In this document: piece by piece, positions 1 through 10,073 of the stretch
How the letters are laid out: every line of letters starts with the position of its first letter
How positions within the stretch are numbered: the stretch's first letter is position 1
Assembly (NCBI GenBank): GCA_050485405.1
Contig: JBJHBI010000011.1
Span: 16,112 to 80,111 of the forward strand
DNA from: Salinarimonadaceae bacterium
GTDB taxonomy: Bacteria > Pseudomonadota > Alphaproteobacteria > Rhizobiales > Beijerinckiaceae
DNA: 64,000 nt
Direction: 5' to 3'
Position numbers and translations under genes: made by a program
The notes under the pieces: generated by a model
The model's database searches: none
The model's input: only the letters and a program-made list of their open reading frames with translations
What the model was told of the DNA's origin: nothing

Positions 1-195
1 GTCACCGGTGGCGGCCTCTCCGGCCAGGCCGGCGCCGTGCGCCACGGCCTGTCGAAGGCGCTGACGCATTACGAGCCCGAGCTGCGCGCCATCCTCAAGA
101 AGGAAGGCTTCCTCACGCGTGACTCGCGTGTCGTCGAGCGCAAGAAGTACGGTCGCGCCAAGGCCCGCCGTTCCTTCCAGTTCTCGAAGCGCTGA
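1..195 (+). CDS. rpsI: 30S ribosomal protein S9, C-terminal part (5' end outside window)
   Basis: Frame-1 translation [19 protein letters not shown]...[27 protein letters not shown] matches the conserved uS9 C-terminus. The ORF is open to the window edge and TGA lies at 193-195. Confidence 0.9.
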   Translation, partial: VTGGGLSGQAGAVRHGLSKALTHYEPELRAILKKEGFLTRDSRVVERKKYGRAKARRSFQFSKR

Positions 196-221
196 TCGCA
201 AAGCGATCCACGCCGTCATCG

Positions 222-250
222 AGGGTCGCGCTCTGCGCGGCCCTTTTGCT
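222..250 (+). terminator. Putative rho-independent terminator after rpsI
   Basis: GC stem GGGTCGCGC / GCGCGGCCC (one mismatch) followed by TTTT, about 27 nt after the rpsI stop. Confidence 0.5.
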
Positions 251-408
251 TGTGTGCAGGTGCCTTACGGGGCGTGCGGCATTGCATTTCGCCGCATAAT
301 CCGTCACAGGAATGCGCATGAATGGCGGGTTCGCGGCGCCGCATTGCGCATGCGCACTGCCCGCCGGCCCGACGCCCCGACCAGCAATCCGCGCCTTCGC
401 GAGCCCGC

Positions 409-2001
409 ATGACCGAGCAGACCCGCCCCGACGATCCCGTTTCGATCCGTCGCACCTTCGCCATCATCTCGCACCCCGATGCGGGCAAGACCACGCTGAC
501 CGAGAAGCTTCTGCTCTTCGGCGGCGCGATCCAGCTCGCCGGTGAGGTGAAGGCGAAGCGCAACCGCGTCAACACGCGCTCGGACTGGATGAATATCGAG
601 CGCCAGCGCGGCATTTCGGTCATGACCTCGGTGATGACCTTCGAATATGACGGGCGCGTCTTCAACCTGCTCGACACGCCGGGCCACGAGGACTTCTCGG
701 AAGACACCTACCGCACCCTCACCGCCGTCGATTCCGCCATCATGGTGATCGATGCCGCCAAGGGTATCGAGGATCGCACGCGCAAGCTGTTCGAGGTCTG
801 CCGCCTGCGCGACATCCCGATCGTCACCTTCATCAACAAAATGGACCGCGAGACGCGCGACCCGTTCGACCTGCTCGACGAGATCGAGAAGACGCTCGCC
901 CTCGACACCGCGCCGGTGACCTGGCCGATCGGGCGCGGCAAGGATTTCGCCGGCACCTACAACCTCGCCCAGAACACGATCCGCCGCCTCGACGAGGAAG
1001 CCGAGGCGACGAAGGTCTCCGGCCCGGATGATCCGATCTTCGACGAATTGCTCTCGCAATATGATGTCCATGAGTGGCGCGAGGAGGTCGAACTCGCGCG
1101 CGAGGGCTTGCGCCCCTTCGATCTCGCCGCCTTCCGCGAGGGGCATCTGAGCCCGGTCTTCTTCGGCAGCGCGCTGCGCAATTTCGGCGTGCGCGATCTG
1201 ATCGACTCGCTCGGCGCCGTCGCGCCGCCGCCACGCGCCCAGGAAGCCGAGGGGCGCACCGTCGAGGCAAACGAGCGCAAGATGACCGGCTTCATCTTCA
1301 AGATCCAGGCCAATATGGATCCCAACCACCGCGACCGCATCGCCTTCATGCGCGTGTGTTCCGGCAAGTTGACGCGCGGCATGAAGGCGAAGCTCGTGCG
1401 CACCGGCAAGCCGATCACGCTGTCGGCGCCGCAATTCTTCTTCGCCCAGGACCGCGCCATCGCCGACGAGGCCTATGCCGGCGACGTGGTCGGCATCCCC
1501 AATCACGGGACCTTGCGCATCGGCGATACGCTGAGCGAGGGCGAGGAGATCGTCTTCCGCGGCGTGCCTAGCTTCGCGCCGGAGATCATGCGCCGCGTCA
1601 AGATCGGCGATGCGATGAAGCAGAAGAAGCTGCGCGAGGCGTTGCAGCAACTCGCGGAGGAGGGCGTCGTCCAGCTCTTCATTCCCTTCGACGGCTCCGG
1701 CGCCATCGTCGGCGTGGTCGGCGCGCTGCAGCTCGACGTTCTCAAGGAGCGGCTCGGGGCGGAATACAATCTGCCGATCGATTACGAGCCCGTTCGCTTC
1801 AGCCTGTGCCGCTGGGTGGAGGCGGATGATCGCGCCGAGCTCGACAAGTTCATGACCGCCAACACCTCGGCCATGGCCCATGATTTGGACGGCGCGCCCG
1901 TCTTCATGGCGCCGTCACCGTTCTCGTTGCAATACGACGCCGAGCGCTGGCCGGCGATCCGCTTCACCGATGTGAAGGATTATCAGCGCAAGGCCGATTG
2001 A
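409..2001 (+). CDS. prfC: Peptide chain release factor 3 (GTPase)
   Basis: ORF 322..2001, with the likely ATG at 409 (MTEQTRPDD). GTPase motifs AIISHPDAGKTT, DTPGHEDF and NKMD are present, and the length is RF3-like. Confidence 0.9.
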   Translation: MTEQTRPDDPVSIRRTFAIISHPDAGKTTLTEKLLLFGGAIQLAGEVKAKRNRVNTRSDWMNIERQRGISVMTSVMTFEYDGRVFNLLDTPGHEDFSEDTYRTLTAVDSAIMVIDAAKGIEDRTRKLFEVCRLRDIPIVTFINKMDRETRDPFDLLDEIEKTLALDTAPVTWPIGRGKDFAGTYNLAQNTIRRLDEEAEATKVSGPDDPIFDELLSQYDVHEWREEVELAREGLRPFDLAAFREGHLSPVFFGSALRNFGVRDLIDSLGAVAPPPRAQEAEGRTVEANERKMTGFIFKIQANMDPNHRDRIAFMRVCSGKLTRGMKAKLVRTGKPITLSAPQFFFAQDRAIADEAYAGDVVGIPNHGTLRIGDTLSEGEEIVFRGVPSFAPEIMRRVKIGDAMKQKKLREALQQLAEEGVVQLFIPFDGSGAIVGVVGALQLDVLKERLGAEYNLPIDYEPVRFSLCRWVEADDRAELDKFMTANTSAMAHDLDGAPVFMAPSPFSLQYDAERWPAIRFTDVKDYQRKAD

Positions 2002-2088
2002 GCGCGGCCTACGTATGTTTCGCGATGGCGGGCGGATGGTGCGGATGCCACAAGGGTAGCCGACGCAACCCACTCGCCCTTCGCCCCC

Positions 2089-3909
2089 ATGGACAAGAAA
2101 ACACAGTTCAACATCTGGTACTGGGTCGCGGCCTTTGCCGGGCTCCTCGTGCTGCAATACTTCCTGACCACGGGGCAGGTCGCGCAGCTCAGCTATTCCG
2201 AATTCGAGCAGTATCTGCGCGAGGGCCGCATCGCGCAGGTGGAAGTCACCGAGCGCCATCTGCGTGGCCGCCTCGATCCGCCACTTATGGGGGGCGAGAG
2301 CCGGTTCTCGACGGTACGGGTCGAGCCTGAAATCGTCGACCGCCTCGCCCGGCACGATGTCGAGGTGGTCGGGCGCATCGAGGATACGTTCTTCCGCGAT
2401 CTGCTTTCCTGGATGCTGCCGCTGCTGCTCTTCCTGGGCATCTGGATATTCCTCCTGCGCCGCATGGCCGGCGGCATGGGCGGGGGGATGATGCAGATCG
2501 GCAAGAGCAAGGCGAAGATCTATGTCCAGACCGATACCAAGGTCACCTTCGACGATGTCGCCGGTGTTGACGAAGCCAAGGACGAATTGAAGGAGATCGT
2601 CGATTTCCTGAAAGACCCGGTCGATTACTCGCGGCTCGGCGGACATATGCCCAAGGGCGTGCTCCTCGTCGGCCCACCCGGCACCGGCAAGACCCTGATC
2701 GCGCGCGCCGTGGCGGGCGAGGCGCAGGTGCCGTTCTTCTCGATCTCGGGCTCGGAATTCGTCGAGATGTTCGTGGGCGTGGGTGCCGCGCGCGTGCGCG
2801 ATCTGTTCGAGCAGGCTCGCAAGCACGCGCCGGCCATCATCTTCATCGACGAGCTCGACGCGCTCGGGCGGGCGCGCGGCGCGGGGCCGAGCATGGGTGG
2901 CCATGACGAGAAGGAGCAGACGCTCAACCAGCTTCTCGTCGAGCTCGACGGTTTCGACGCCTCGCTCGGCGTGGTGCTGCTGGCCGCGACGAACCGCCCG
3001 GAAATCCTCGATCCCGCACTCCTGCGCGCCGGGCGCTTCGACCGGCAGGTGCTGGTCGACCGTCCCGACAAGATCGGCCGCGCGCAGATCCTGCGCGTCC
3101 ATATGAAGAAAGCCAAGCTCGCCCGCGATGTCGAGGCGGAGGACGTTGCGGCGCTGACGCCGGGTTTCACCGGGGCGGATCTCGCCAATCTCGTCAACGA
3201 GGCGACGCTCCTCGCCACTCGCCGCAAGGCGGATGCGGTGACGATGGAGGATTTCAACAACGCGATCGAGCGCATCGTCGCGGGCCTCGAGAAGCGCAAC
3301 CGGTTGCTCAATCCGAAGGAGCGCGAGGTCGTCGCCTATCACGAAATGGGTCACGCGCTGGTGGCGCTGGCACTTCCGGGCGTCGATCCCGTCCATAAGG
3401 TCTCGATCATTCCCCGTGGCGTGGGTGCGCTCGGCTATACCATCCAGCGCCCGACGGAGGATCGCTTCCTGATGACCCGCGAGGAGCTGCTCGATAAAAT
3501 GGCAGTGCTGCTCGGGGGCAGGGCGGCGGAATGGATCGTCTTCGGGCACCTCTCCACCGGCGCGGCGGATGATCTGGGGCGGGTCACCGACATCGCCCGC
3601 GCCATGGTCACGCGCTACGGCATGTCGGAGAAGCTTGGCCATGTTGCGCTGGAAAAGGAGCAGCGCGGCTTCCTCTCGCCGGGCGGCTATGGTTACGGCA
3701 ACGGTCGCGAATATGGCGACGCCACCGCCGATGCCGTCGATGCGGAAGTGCGCGCCATCATCGATACGGCTTTCGCCCGCACCGTCCGGCTGCTCGAAGC
3801 AAATCGCGCGATGCTCGATAGGACAGCCAAACGGCTTCTGGAACTGGAGACGCTCGATGCGAGTGCGCTTGCGCAGATGATCGGCGAACTGAGGCTCGCA
3901 CCGGCGTAA
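2089..3909 (+). CDS. ftsH: ATP-dependent zinc metalloprotease, FtsH family (possibly a paralogue)
   Basis: 606 aa with two N-terminal TM segments, Walker A GPPGTGKT, Walker B IIFIDELD and zinc motif HEMGHA. Confidence 0.88.
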   Translation: MDKKTQFNIWYWVAAFAGLLVLQYFLTTGQVAQLSYSEFEQYLREGRIAQVEVTERHLRGRLDPPLMGGESRFSTVRVEPEIVDRLARHDVEVVGRIEDTFFRDLLSWMLPLLLFLGIWIFLLRRMAGGMGGGMMQIGKSKAKIYVQTDTKVTFDDVAGVDEAKDELKEIVDFLKDPVDYSRLGGHMPKGVLLVGPPGTGKTLIARAVAGEAQVPFFSISGSEFVEMFVGVGAARVRDLFEQARKHAPAIIFIDELDALGRARGAGPSMGGHDEKEQTLNQLLVELDGFDASLGVVLLAATNRPEILDPALLRAGRFDRQVLVDRPDKIGRAQILRVHMKKAKLARDVEAEDVAALTPGFTGADLANLVNEATLLATRRKADAVTMEDFNNAIERIVAGLEKRNRLLNPKEREVVAYHEMGHALVALALPGVDPVHKVSIIPRGVGALGYTIQRPTEDRFLMTREELLDKMAVLLGGRAAEWIVFGHLSTGAADDLGRVTDIARAMVTRYGMSEKLGHVALEKEQRGFLSPGGYGYGNGREYGDATADAVDAEVRAIIDTAFARTVRLLEANRAMLDRTAKRLLELETLDASALAQMIGELRLAPA

Positions 3910-3912
3910 ACG

Positions 3913-3943
3913 AAAAACCGCCCGGTATCGGACCGGGCGGTTC
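3913..3943. terminator. Bidirectional hairpin terminator between the ftsH-like and fasciclin genes
   Basis: AAAAA-CCGCCCGG-tatcgga-CCGGGCGG-TT. The T-run is on the minus strand, so it best fits the convergent minus-strand gene. Confidence 0.7.
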
Positions 3944-3966
3944 GCGTCATTCGAATGGGGCGATCA

Positions 3967-4443
3967 TCACTCGGGGATGAGGACCGTGTCGATCACGTGG
4001 ATCACGCCGTTGGAGGCTTCCACGTCGGCGGTCACGACCATCGCCTCGCCGACACGTACGCCGTCCGTGGCGTCGATGGCGAGCTCGGAGCCCTCGACGG
4101 TCTCGACCGAGAGGCTCTGGCCGGCGATGTCGGAGGACATCACGGCGCCGGGGATGACGTGATAAGTGAGGATGGAGACGAGCTGGTCGCGGTTCTCTTC
4201 TTCCAGAAGGCTCTCGACCGTGCCCTCGGGCAGCGCCGCGAAGGCCTCATCGGTGGGTGCGAAGACGGTGAAGGGGCCTTCGCCCCGCAGGGTTTCGACG
4301 AGCCCGGCAGCCTCGACGGCGGCGACGAGGGTCTCGAAGGAACCTGCAGCGATTGCAGTATCGACGATGTCATCGGCCTGAGCAACGGAAACCGACATAA
4401 GCATAGCCGCCGAAGCAGCAGTGATCGTCTTGCCAAAACGCAT
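3967..4443 (-). CDS. Secreted fasciclin (FAS1) domain protein
   Basis: 158 aa with signal peptide [26 protein letters not shown]1-like motifs [18 protein letters not shown] and [13 protein letters not shown] are present. Confidence 0.85.
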   Translation of the reverse strand: MRFGKTITAASAAMLMSVSVAQADDIVDTAIAAGSFETLVAAVEAAGLVETLRGEGPFTVFAPTDEAFAALPEGTVESLLEEENRDQLVSILTYHVIPGAVMSSDIAGQSLSVETVEGSELAIDATDGVRVGEAMVVTADVEASNGVIHVIDTVLIPE

Positions 4444-4728
4444 TTTCGTTTCCTCTCATCAGAGTTGAAGCGTGTTGCTACACACGCGATGACTTACGTC
4501 TCGGGAGAAAAGTCGGATGACGAAAAACTGGTAAACTCGCAATAACATCGCCGTGATGCGGATGTGAGTTTTTCGTGAGGTGTGCCGGAATCCGCGCGCA
4601 GGGGGTTGGCCACCGGCACCGGAACGTGCTTCCCTACCGTTCGGCAACAAGCGGTTTTCGCGGTCGCACGCGGTGGAAGAGGCGGCCAGGGGAGCGGCTT
4701 GCGGGAAATCCGTAGAGGAGGGGGCAGC

Positions 4729-5292
4729 ATGCTGAGGCGCGTCGGACGTTGCGTTCGCGGATATGTCGGACATGGCCGCGAAGCGGCGCAGCTCTCGCCG
4801 GCGATCCCGATGAGGATTTGCGCGAGCCTTGCAGCGCTTCTCTTCGCGCTCGTCGTCATGCTCCCGGGCGTCGCCCGCGCCGAGACGCCGATCCTGCTGA
4901 TCACCGGCGCCGTGTCGCAGGAGGCGCCGGTCTCCTTCACGCGGGCGGATCTCGAGGCGCTGCCGCAGCACGTCATCGAGACGCAGACCGTCGTCACTGA
5001 CGGGGTGCGCCGGTTCGAGGGGCCGCTGATGCGCGATCTCCTCGCCCATGTCGGGGCCGATGGTGACGAGATCGTCGCGCTCGCGCTCAACGATTACGAG
5101 ATCACCATTCCCATGGCCGATTTCATTGATTACGACGTCGTCGCCGCGCTGACGATGGATGGCGAGCGGCTCTCGCCGCGCGATCGTGGGCCGATCTGGA
5201 TCGTCTATCCCCGTGACGATCATCCTGCACTCCAGGATATCCGCTACGATTACCGCTGGGTGTGGCAACTCGCGAGCCTCGAAGTCCGATGA
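4729..5292 (+). CDS. Periplasmic protein with a small molybdopterin-oxidoreductase-like fold (sensor accessory?)
   Basis: ORF 4582..5292. ATG 4729 has a strong SD (GGAGGGGG, 7-nt spacing), and ATG 4810 is an alternative start. It has a hydrophobic signal LAALLFALVVMLPGVARA and motifs ALNDYEITIP and RDRGPIWIVYP. Its stop overlaps the next start (ATGA). Confidence 0.7.
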   Translation: MLRRVGRCVRGYVGHGREAAQLSPAIPMRICASLAALLFALVVMLPGVARAETPILLITGAVSQEAPVSFTRADLEALPQHVIETQTVVTDGVRRFEGPLMRDLLAHVGADGDEIVALALNDYEITIPMADFIDYDVVAALTMDGERLSPRDRGPIWIVYPRDDHPALQDIRYDYRWVWQLASLEVR

Positions 5293-6827
5293 CCCGGGCC
5301 GGCCCCTTTCTGCGCAGCTATGGTGGGCCGGTGCTGCTCATCGGGCTGTGCGTGGGGCTATTGATCTTCGCCCTCTGGCGGCTCGCCGTGATCGAGCGCG
5401 ACATGCGCATCGAGGCGACGGAAAACATGCTCTGGGTGATCAGCCAGACGCAGATGGAGGCCCTGCGGCTCGACAAGGCGCTCTCCGATCACGCGCGTGG
5501 CGTCGGCGACGAGGATCGCGTCGTGCTCCGCTACGCCCTGCTGCTCTCGCGTCTCGATCTCCTGCTTCAGGGCCCGCAACAGCGATATCTGGAGCGGATC
5601 GGGTCCTACGCGTCGATCGCGGCGGGTGATACCGCAATCCGAGACGCGGATCCGGAACTGGTTGTCGGTGATGCGGCGGCATTCGCGGCGGCGCGCGAGC
5701 GGCTCGAGGACAGCCTCGGTGATCTCCATGCCACGCTGAACCGTGCGGCCAATGAAACCATGGTGCGCGAATGGGAGGCGATCGCCGCGCGGCTCGACGC
5801 TTATCGCGCAGCGGTGTGGCAGGTGATCGGATCGGTGATCGGTGTGCTCGCGGGCTGGCTGATGATCGGCTGGCGGCTCATCGCGAACGAGCGACGGCTG
5901 CGACGCGCCGAGGAGGCGCGCAGCCGCGCGCTCACCCTTGAGCAGGCTCTGCGTCGGGAAAAAGCGGTGAGCGCCTATTACCGCGACTTCGCAGCGATCG
6001 TCTCGCACCAGTTCCGCACACCGCTTGCCATCATCGATAGTGCGATGCAGCGCCTCGTGCGCCGTGGCGAAGCGGTGACGGGCGCTGATGTCGCGCGTCG
6101 CGAAGGGCCGATCCGCGACGCGATCCACCGTCTCACCCGCCTCGTCGACACCGCCCTGCTCGCCGGGCGGCTCGATAGCGGGCAGGTGAGCGTGAAGCCG
6201 CGCCATTGCGATCTCGCCGCGATCGCCCGCGAATGCTGCGCGCAGTTTCGCGCGCTCAACCCCGATCGCGATATCCGCTTCGCCAGCGCCGTTGCGGTGA
6301 CGACGGCCTGGTGCGACCGGGAACTCGTAGATCACATCCTGGCCAATCTGATCGCGAATGCGCTGAAATACAGTCCGGAAGCGGCTCCGGTGGAGCTTCG
6401 CCTCTATAATTGCGGCGCGCAGATCGCCGTCGCGGTCACGGATTACGGTCCGGGCGTCGCACAGGCCGATCGCCCGCACGTGTTCGAACGGTTCTATCGC
6501 GGCGAGGCGGGTGGCCATACCGAGGGCAGCGGGCTCGGTTTGTCGCTGGCGCGCGATCTCGCCCGCTTGCAGGGCGGTGATCTGACCTTCGAGACATGGA
6601 CCGGGCGCGGCAGCGTCTTTACGCTGAGCCTGCCGCGCATGTTCGATCCGGACATGGCCCTGGGGGACGGTGAGAAGGAACGGCAGGTGGCTGACATGCA
6701 GAGCGAGGATGCGCAAGCGGGAGACGACCAGGCCCTGGACGAACAGGCTGGAAAATCGGGCGTCGATAACTCGGATCTGGAGAATCTGGAACCGGAGCAA
6801 ACCGACGAGAAGGAGCCGGCGCGATGA
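5289..6827 (+). CDS. Sensor histidine kinase (2 TM, helical periplasmic region, HisKA + HATPase_c)
   Basis: H-box SHQFRTPL, N-box LIANALKYS, G-boxes DYGPGV and GSGLGLSLA, and an acidic C-terminal tail. The start is coupled to the upstream stop. Confidence 0.88.
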   Translation: MTRAGPFLRSYGGPVLLIGLCVGLLIFALWRLAVIERDMRIEATENMLWVISQTQMEALRLDKALSDHARGVGDEDRVVLRYALLLSRLDLLLQGPQQRYLERIGSYASIAAGDTAIRDADPELVVGDAAAFAAARERLEDSLGDLHATLNRAANETMVREWEAIAARLDAYRAAVWQVIGSVIGVLAGWLMIGWRLIANERRLRRAEEARSRALTLEQALRREKAVSAYYRDFAAIVSHQFRTPLAIIDSAMQRLVRRGEAVTGADVARREGPIRDAIHRLTRLVDTALLAGRLDSGQVSVKPRHCDLAAIARECCAQFRALNPDRDIRFASAVAVTTAWCDRELVDHILANLIANALKYSPEAAPVELRLYNCGAQIAVAVTDYGPGVAQADRPHVFERFYRGEAGGHTEGSGLGLSLARDLARLQGGDLTFETWTGRGSVFTLSLPRMFDPDMALGDGEKERQVADMQSEDAQAGDDQALDEQAGKSGVDNSDLENLEPEQTDEKEPAR

Positions 6828-7933
6828 ACGCGACCCCGCTGATTCTGTGTTGTGAGGACGAGGCGGAGCTCCGCCGCGACATCATCGAGGAATTGTCCGA
6901 GGCCGGGTACCGCACCGTAGAGGCCGCCGACGGGGAGGAGGCGCTCGCGCAACTCGCCGCCTGCCGTCCTGATCTCACCCTGTGCGACATCACCATGCCG
7001 CGCCTCGACGGCTACGGCGTGCTCTCGCGGGTGAGGCGCGACCATCCCGAACTCGCGCACATGCCCTTCGTCTTCCTCACGGTCTTCGCCGATCCCACCG
7101 ACATGGTCGAGGGCAAGCGGGCGGGGGCCGACGATTATCTCGTGAAGCCGATCGATTACGATCTGCTGCTCGCCACCGTCGAGGCGCGCCTGCGAGAGAT
7201 CGCGCGCTGGCGCTCGCACGAGGCAGACGCCATGGCGCAGTCACGCGCCGCGCTCGACGCGATGCGCGGCGAAAGAGCGCTCGCCGTGCTCGACACCATC
7301 GCGACGGGGATCGTGCTCATGGGCGGCGGCGGGCGCAGCCTGCATTGCAACGCGGCTGCCGCCCAGCTCCTCGAAACGCGCTACGGCTGGACCGACAGGA
7401 CGCGTCTGCCGCACGGTTTCGGCGGTGCGGATCTGCGCGATCTTTTGGAGGAAGCCGGGCAGGCGAGCCGGGTGGGGGAGGCTTATTCGGGAGCGATGGC
7501 GATCGATCCTTCCTCCGAGATGCCGGAAGCGGGTTCCCTGATGGCGCTGGTCGTGGCTTTGCCCGGGCAGACGGCCGAGGCGCAAGGCGATCGGCCGATC
7601 GAGGCGCAGGTCGCGCTGTTTCTGGTCGATACCGCCCGCCGCACGCGTCTTTCCGATACGATGCTCGCCCAGGTCTTCGGTCTGACACCGACCGAGAGCG
7701 CCGTCGCCGGGCGGCTGGCCGCCGGTGAGCGGCTGGATGCGATCGCGAGCGAGCTCGGCATATCGCAGACGACAGTGTCGTTCCACCTGCGCAACATCTT
7801 CGGGAAGACGCGCACCAACCGGCAGGCCGATCTCGTCGCTCTGATGCTCTGTGCGCCGGTTCTCGGCGGCTGCGGCGCCTCCGCGATCGATCCGGGTGCC
7901 GATACCACGCTTGCGCCCACCGCCCGCCTTTGA
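6824..7933 (+). CDS. Response regulator, REC + central domain + LuxR-type HTH
   Basis: REC domain with acceptor context DLTLCDITMP and KP. The C-terminus LTPTESAVAGRLAAGERLDAIASELGISQTTVSFHLRNIFGKT is a LuxR/FixJ-type HTH. There is an ATGA overlap with the kinase gene. Confidence 0.88.
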   Translation: MNATPLILCCEDEAELRRDIIEELSEAGYRTVEAADGEEALAQLAACRPDLTLCDITMPRLDGYGVLSRVRRDHPELAHMPFVFLTVFADPTDMVEGKRAGADDYLVKPIDYDLLLATVEARLREIARWRSHEADAMAQSRAALDAMRGERALAVLDTIATGIVLMGGGGRSLHCNAAAAQLLETRYGWTDRTRLPHGFGGADLRDLLEEAGQASRVGEAYSGAMAIDPSSEMPEAGSLMALVVALPGQTAEAQGDRPIEAQVALFLVDTARRTRLSDTMLAQVFGLTPTESAVAGRLAAGERLDAIASELGISQTTVSFHLRNIFGKTRTNRQADLVALMLCAPVLGGCGASAIDPGADTTLAPTARL

Positions 7934-7968
7934 CACTGTGGCGCGGTTTTCGTGGAGGAAGAGCGGCA

Positions 7969-8700
7969 ATGATCAAGGCAATCGTGACGGGGCATTCGCG
8001 CGGGTTGGGTTCCGGTATAGCGCAGGCGCTGCTCGCGCGTGATGCCACGGTTCTCGGCGTATCGCGCCGCCCCAATGCCGCGCTGGCGGAGCGTTTCGCC
8101 GAGAATCTGCAAGAAGTCACCCTCGATCTCGCCGATGCCGAAGCGGCGCGCGCCTGGCTCGAAAGCTCCGCCTTCGCCGATTTCCTCGCGGATGCGCAGA
8201 CCGCGATCCTGATCAACAATGCTGGCATCGTCCAGCCGATCGGCCCGAGCGGGAGCCTCGATCTCGCGACGATCGGGCAGGCGGTGACCCTCAATATCGC
8301 CGGGCCGCTAATGGCGGCCAACGCCTTCATCGCCGCGACGGACAAGGTCGCGGACCGGCGGATCATGCATATTTCGAGCGGCGCAGGGCGGCGCCCGATG
8401 CCGGGCTGGTCGATCTATTGCGCCACCAAGGCCGCGCTCGATCATCACGCCCGCGCGCTCGCCGCCGATACCGTGCCCCACCTCGCCATCGAGAGCCTCG
8501 CCCCCGGCGTGATCGACACGGACATGCAGGGCGAGATCCGCGCCACGACGCCGGAGCAGTTCACGCTGCGCGAGCAATTCGTCGCCCTCAAGCAGAACAA
8601 CGATCTGTCGAGCCCGCAGAGCTGCGGCGAGGCGATCGTCGCGCATCTGCTCGGCCCGCGATTCGGGACCGAGGTGATCACCGATATCCGGCAGTTGTGA
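7969..8700 (+). CDS. Short-chain dehydrogenase/reductase (sepiapterin-reductase-like)
   Basis: ATG 7969 is preceded by GGAGGAA. It has the TGHSRGLG nucleotide motif and the catalytic YCATK. Confidence 0.85.
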   Translation: MIKAIVTGHSRGLGSGIAQALLARDATVLGVSRRPNAALAERFAENLQEVTLDLADAEAARAWLESSAFADFLADAQTAILINNAGIVQPIGPSGSLDLATIGQAVTLNIAGPLMAANAFIAATDKVADRRIMHISSGAGRRPMPGWSIYCATKAALDHHARALAADTVPHLAIESLAPGVIDTDMQGEIRATTPEQFTLREQFVALKQNNDLSSPQSCGEAIVAHLLGPRFGTEVITDIRQL

Positions 8701-8724
8701 CGCCGATCCGGCCCGCGGCGATCT

Positions 8725-10029
8725 TCAGCCGAGTGCCTGCGGACGCGGCCCGCCCGTCGCCCAGTCGAGCAATTCGGCTGTATGGACGATGGGGATGCCC
8801 GTGCCTTTGCCGATCTGCGTCATGCAGCCGATATTGCCGGTGGCGATGATGTCCGGGCGGGTGCGCTCGATATTCGCGACCTTGCGCGCGCGCAGCTGCT
8901 CGGCGATTTCCGGCTGCAGGATGTTGTAGGTGCCCGCCGAACCGCAGCAGATATGGCTCTCGGGCACATCCTTCACCTTGAAACCGGCCTTCTTCAGGAG
9001 CCTTTTGGGGGCTTCCTTGATCTGCTGGCCATGCTGCATCGAGCAGGCGGAGTGATAGGCGACGGTGAGTTTGTCCGCCTCGCCGGTGGGCTCCAGCGTC
9101 AGGGTTTCGAGATATTCGGTGATGTCCTTGGCGAGCGCCGAGACCCGCGCCGCCTTCTCGGCATATGCCGCATCCTCGCGGAACATGTGGCCGTAATCCT
9201 TGATCGTGGTGCCGCAGCCCGATGCGGTGATGATGATGGCGTCGAGGCCGTTTTCCTCGATCTCGCGGATCCAGGCGTCGATATTGCGCTTCGCGAAATC
9301 GTGGCTGTCTTCCGTGCGCCCCATATGATGCACCAGCGCCCCGCAGCAGCCCTCGCCGGCCACCTGCGTGACGGTGATGCCGTGGCGGTTGAGCAGGCGG
9401 ATCGTCGCTTCGTTGATGCCGGGATCGAGCACGGTCTGGGCGCAGCCCTGGAGGATCGCGACGCGCCCGCGCGCGCCGCCATGCGCGGCGAACACGCCCG
9501 GCCCCTCCTGGGGCGAACGGGTGGGCAGGCGGCCCGGGGCGAGATCGAGCATCGCAGCCATGCGCGGCCCCACTTTCGGCAGCGCTTTCGCCACACCCTT
9601 GAAGGGCTTGCCGAGGAAGGCGCCGAAAAGCGCGAGGCGGAAGCGGCCCGGATAGGGCAGGATCGCCGAGAGCAGGCTGCGCATCAGCCGGTCGTGCCAG
9701 GGGCGCTGATAGGTCTCCTCGATATGCGCGCGGGCATGATCGACGAGATGCATGTAATGCACGCCCGAGGGGCAGGTGGTCATGCAGGACAGGCAGGAGA
9801 GGCAGCGGTCGATATGGGTGACGACCTGCTCGGAAGCGGGCTTGCCGTTCTCCAGCATGTCCTTCATCAGGTAGATGCGCCCGCGCGGGCTGTCGAGCTC
9901 GTCGCCCAGAAGCAGATAGGTCGGGCAGGTCGCCGTACAGAACCCGCAATGCACGCAGGTGCGCAGGATCTTCTCCGATTCCCGCATATCCGGATCTTCG
10001 AGCAGTTCAGGCGCAAAATTGGTCTGCAT
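8725..10029 (-). CDS. glcF: Glycolate oxidase iron-sulfur subunit
   Basis: 434 aa with two 4Fe-4S motifs (CVHCGFCTATCP, CLSCLSCMTTCP) and CCG-type C-terminal domains. It lies downstream of glcD and glcE. Confidence 0.9.
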   Translation of the reverse strand: MQTNFAPELLEDPDMRESEKILRTCVHCGFCTATCPTYLLLGDELDSPRGRIYLMKDMLENGKPASEQVVTHIDRCLSCLSCMTTCPSGVHYMHLVDHARAHIEETYQRPWHDRLMRSLLSAILPYPGRFRLALFGAFLGKPFKGVAKALPKVGPRMAAMLDLAPGRLPTRSPQEGPGVFAAHGGARGRVAILQGCAQTVLDPGINEATIRLLNRHGITVTQVAGEGCCGALVHHMGRTEDSHDFAKRNIDAWIREIEENGLDAIIITASGCGTTIKDYGHMFREDAAYAEKAARVSALAKDITEYLETLTLEPTGEADKLTVAYHSACSMQHGQQIKEAPKRLLKKAGFKVKDVPESHICCGSAGTYNILQPEIAEQLRARKVANIERTRPDIIATGNIGCMTQIGKGTGIPIVHTAELLDWATGGPRPQALG

Positions 10030-10073
10030 GGGTGCGACTCACGTGACTGGTTTTGAGCGGATCGGCGCGACGT

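Noticed and set aside
304-3642. Long minus-strand ORFs 304..1881 (525 aa) and 1915..3642 (575 aa).
   Set aside because: They are antisense to prfC and the ftsH-like gene, which carry unambiguous motifs. Their composition is an artefact of GC-rich codon structure. The same reasoning applies to 15177..17162 (-), 20567..22714 (+), 22744..24492 (-), 45534..46949 (-), 46990..48663 (-) and 11298..13178 (+).
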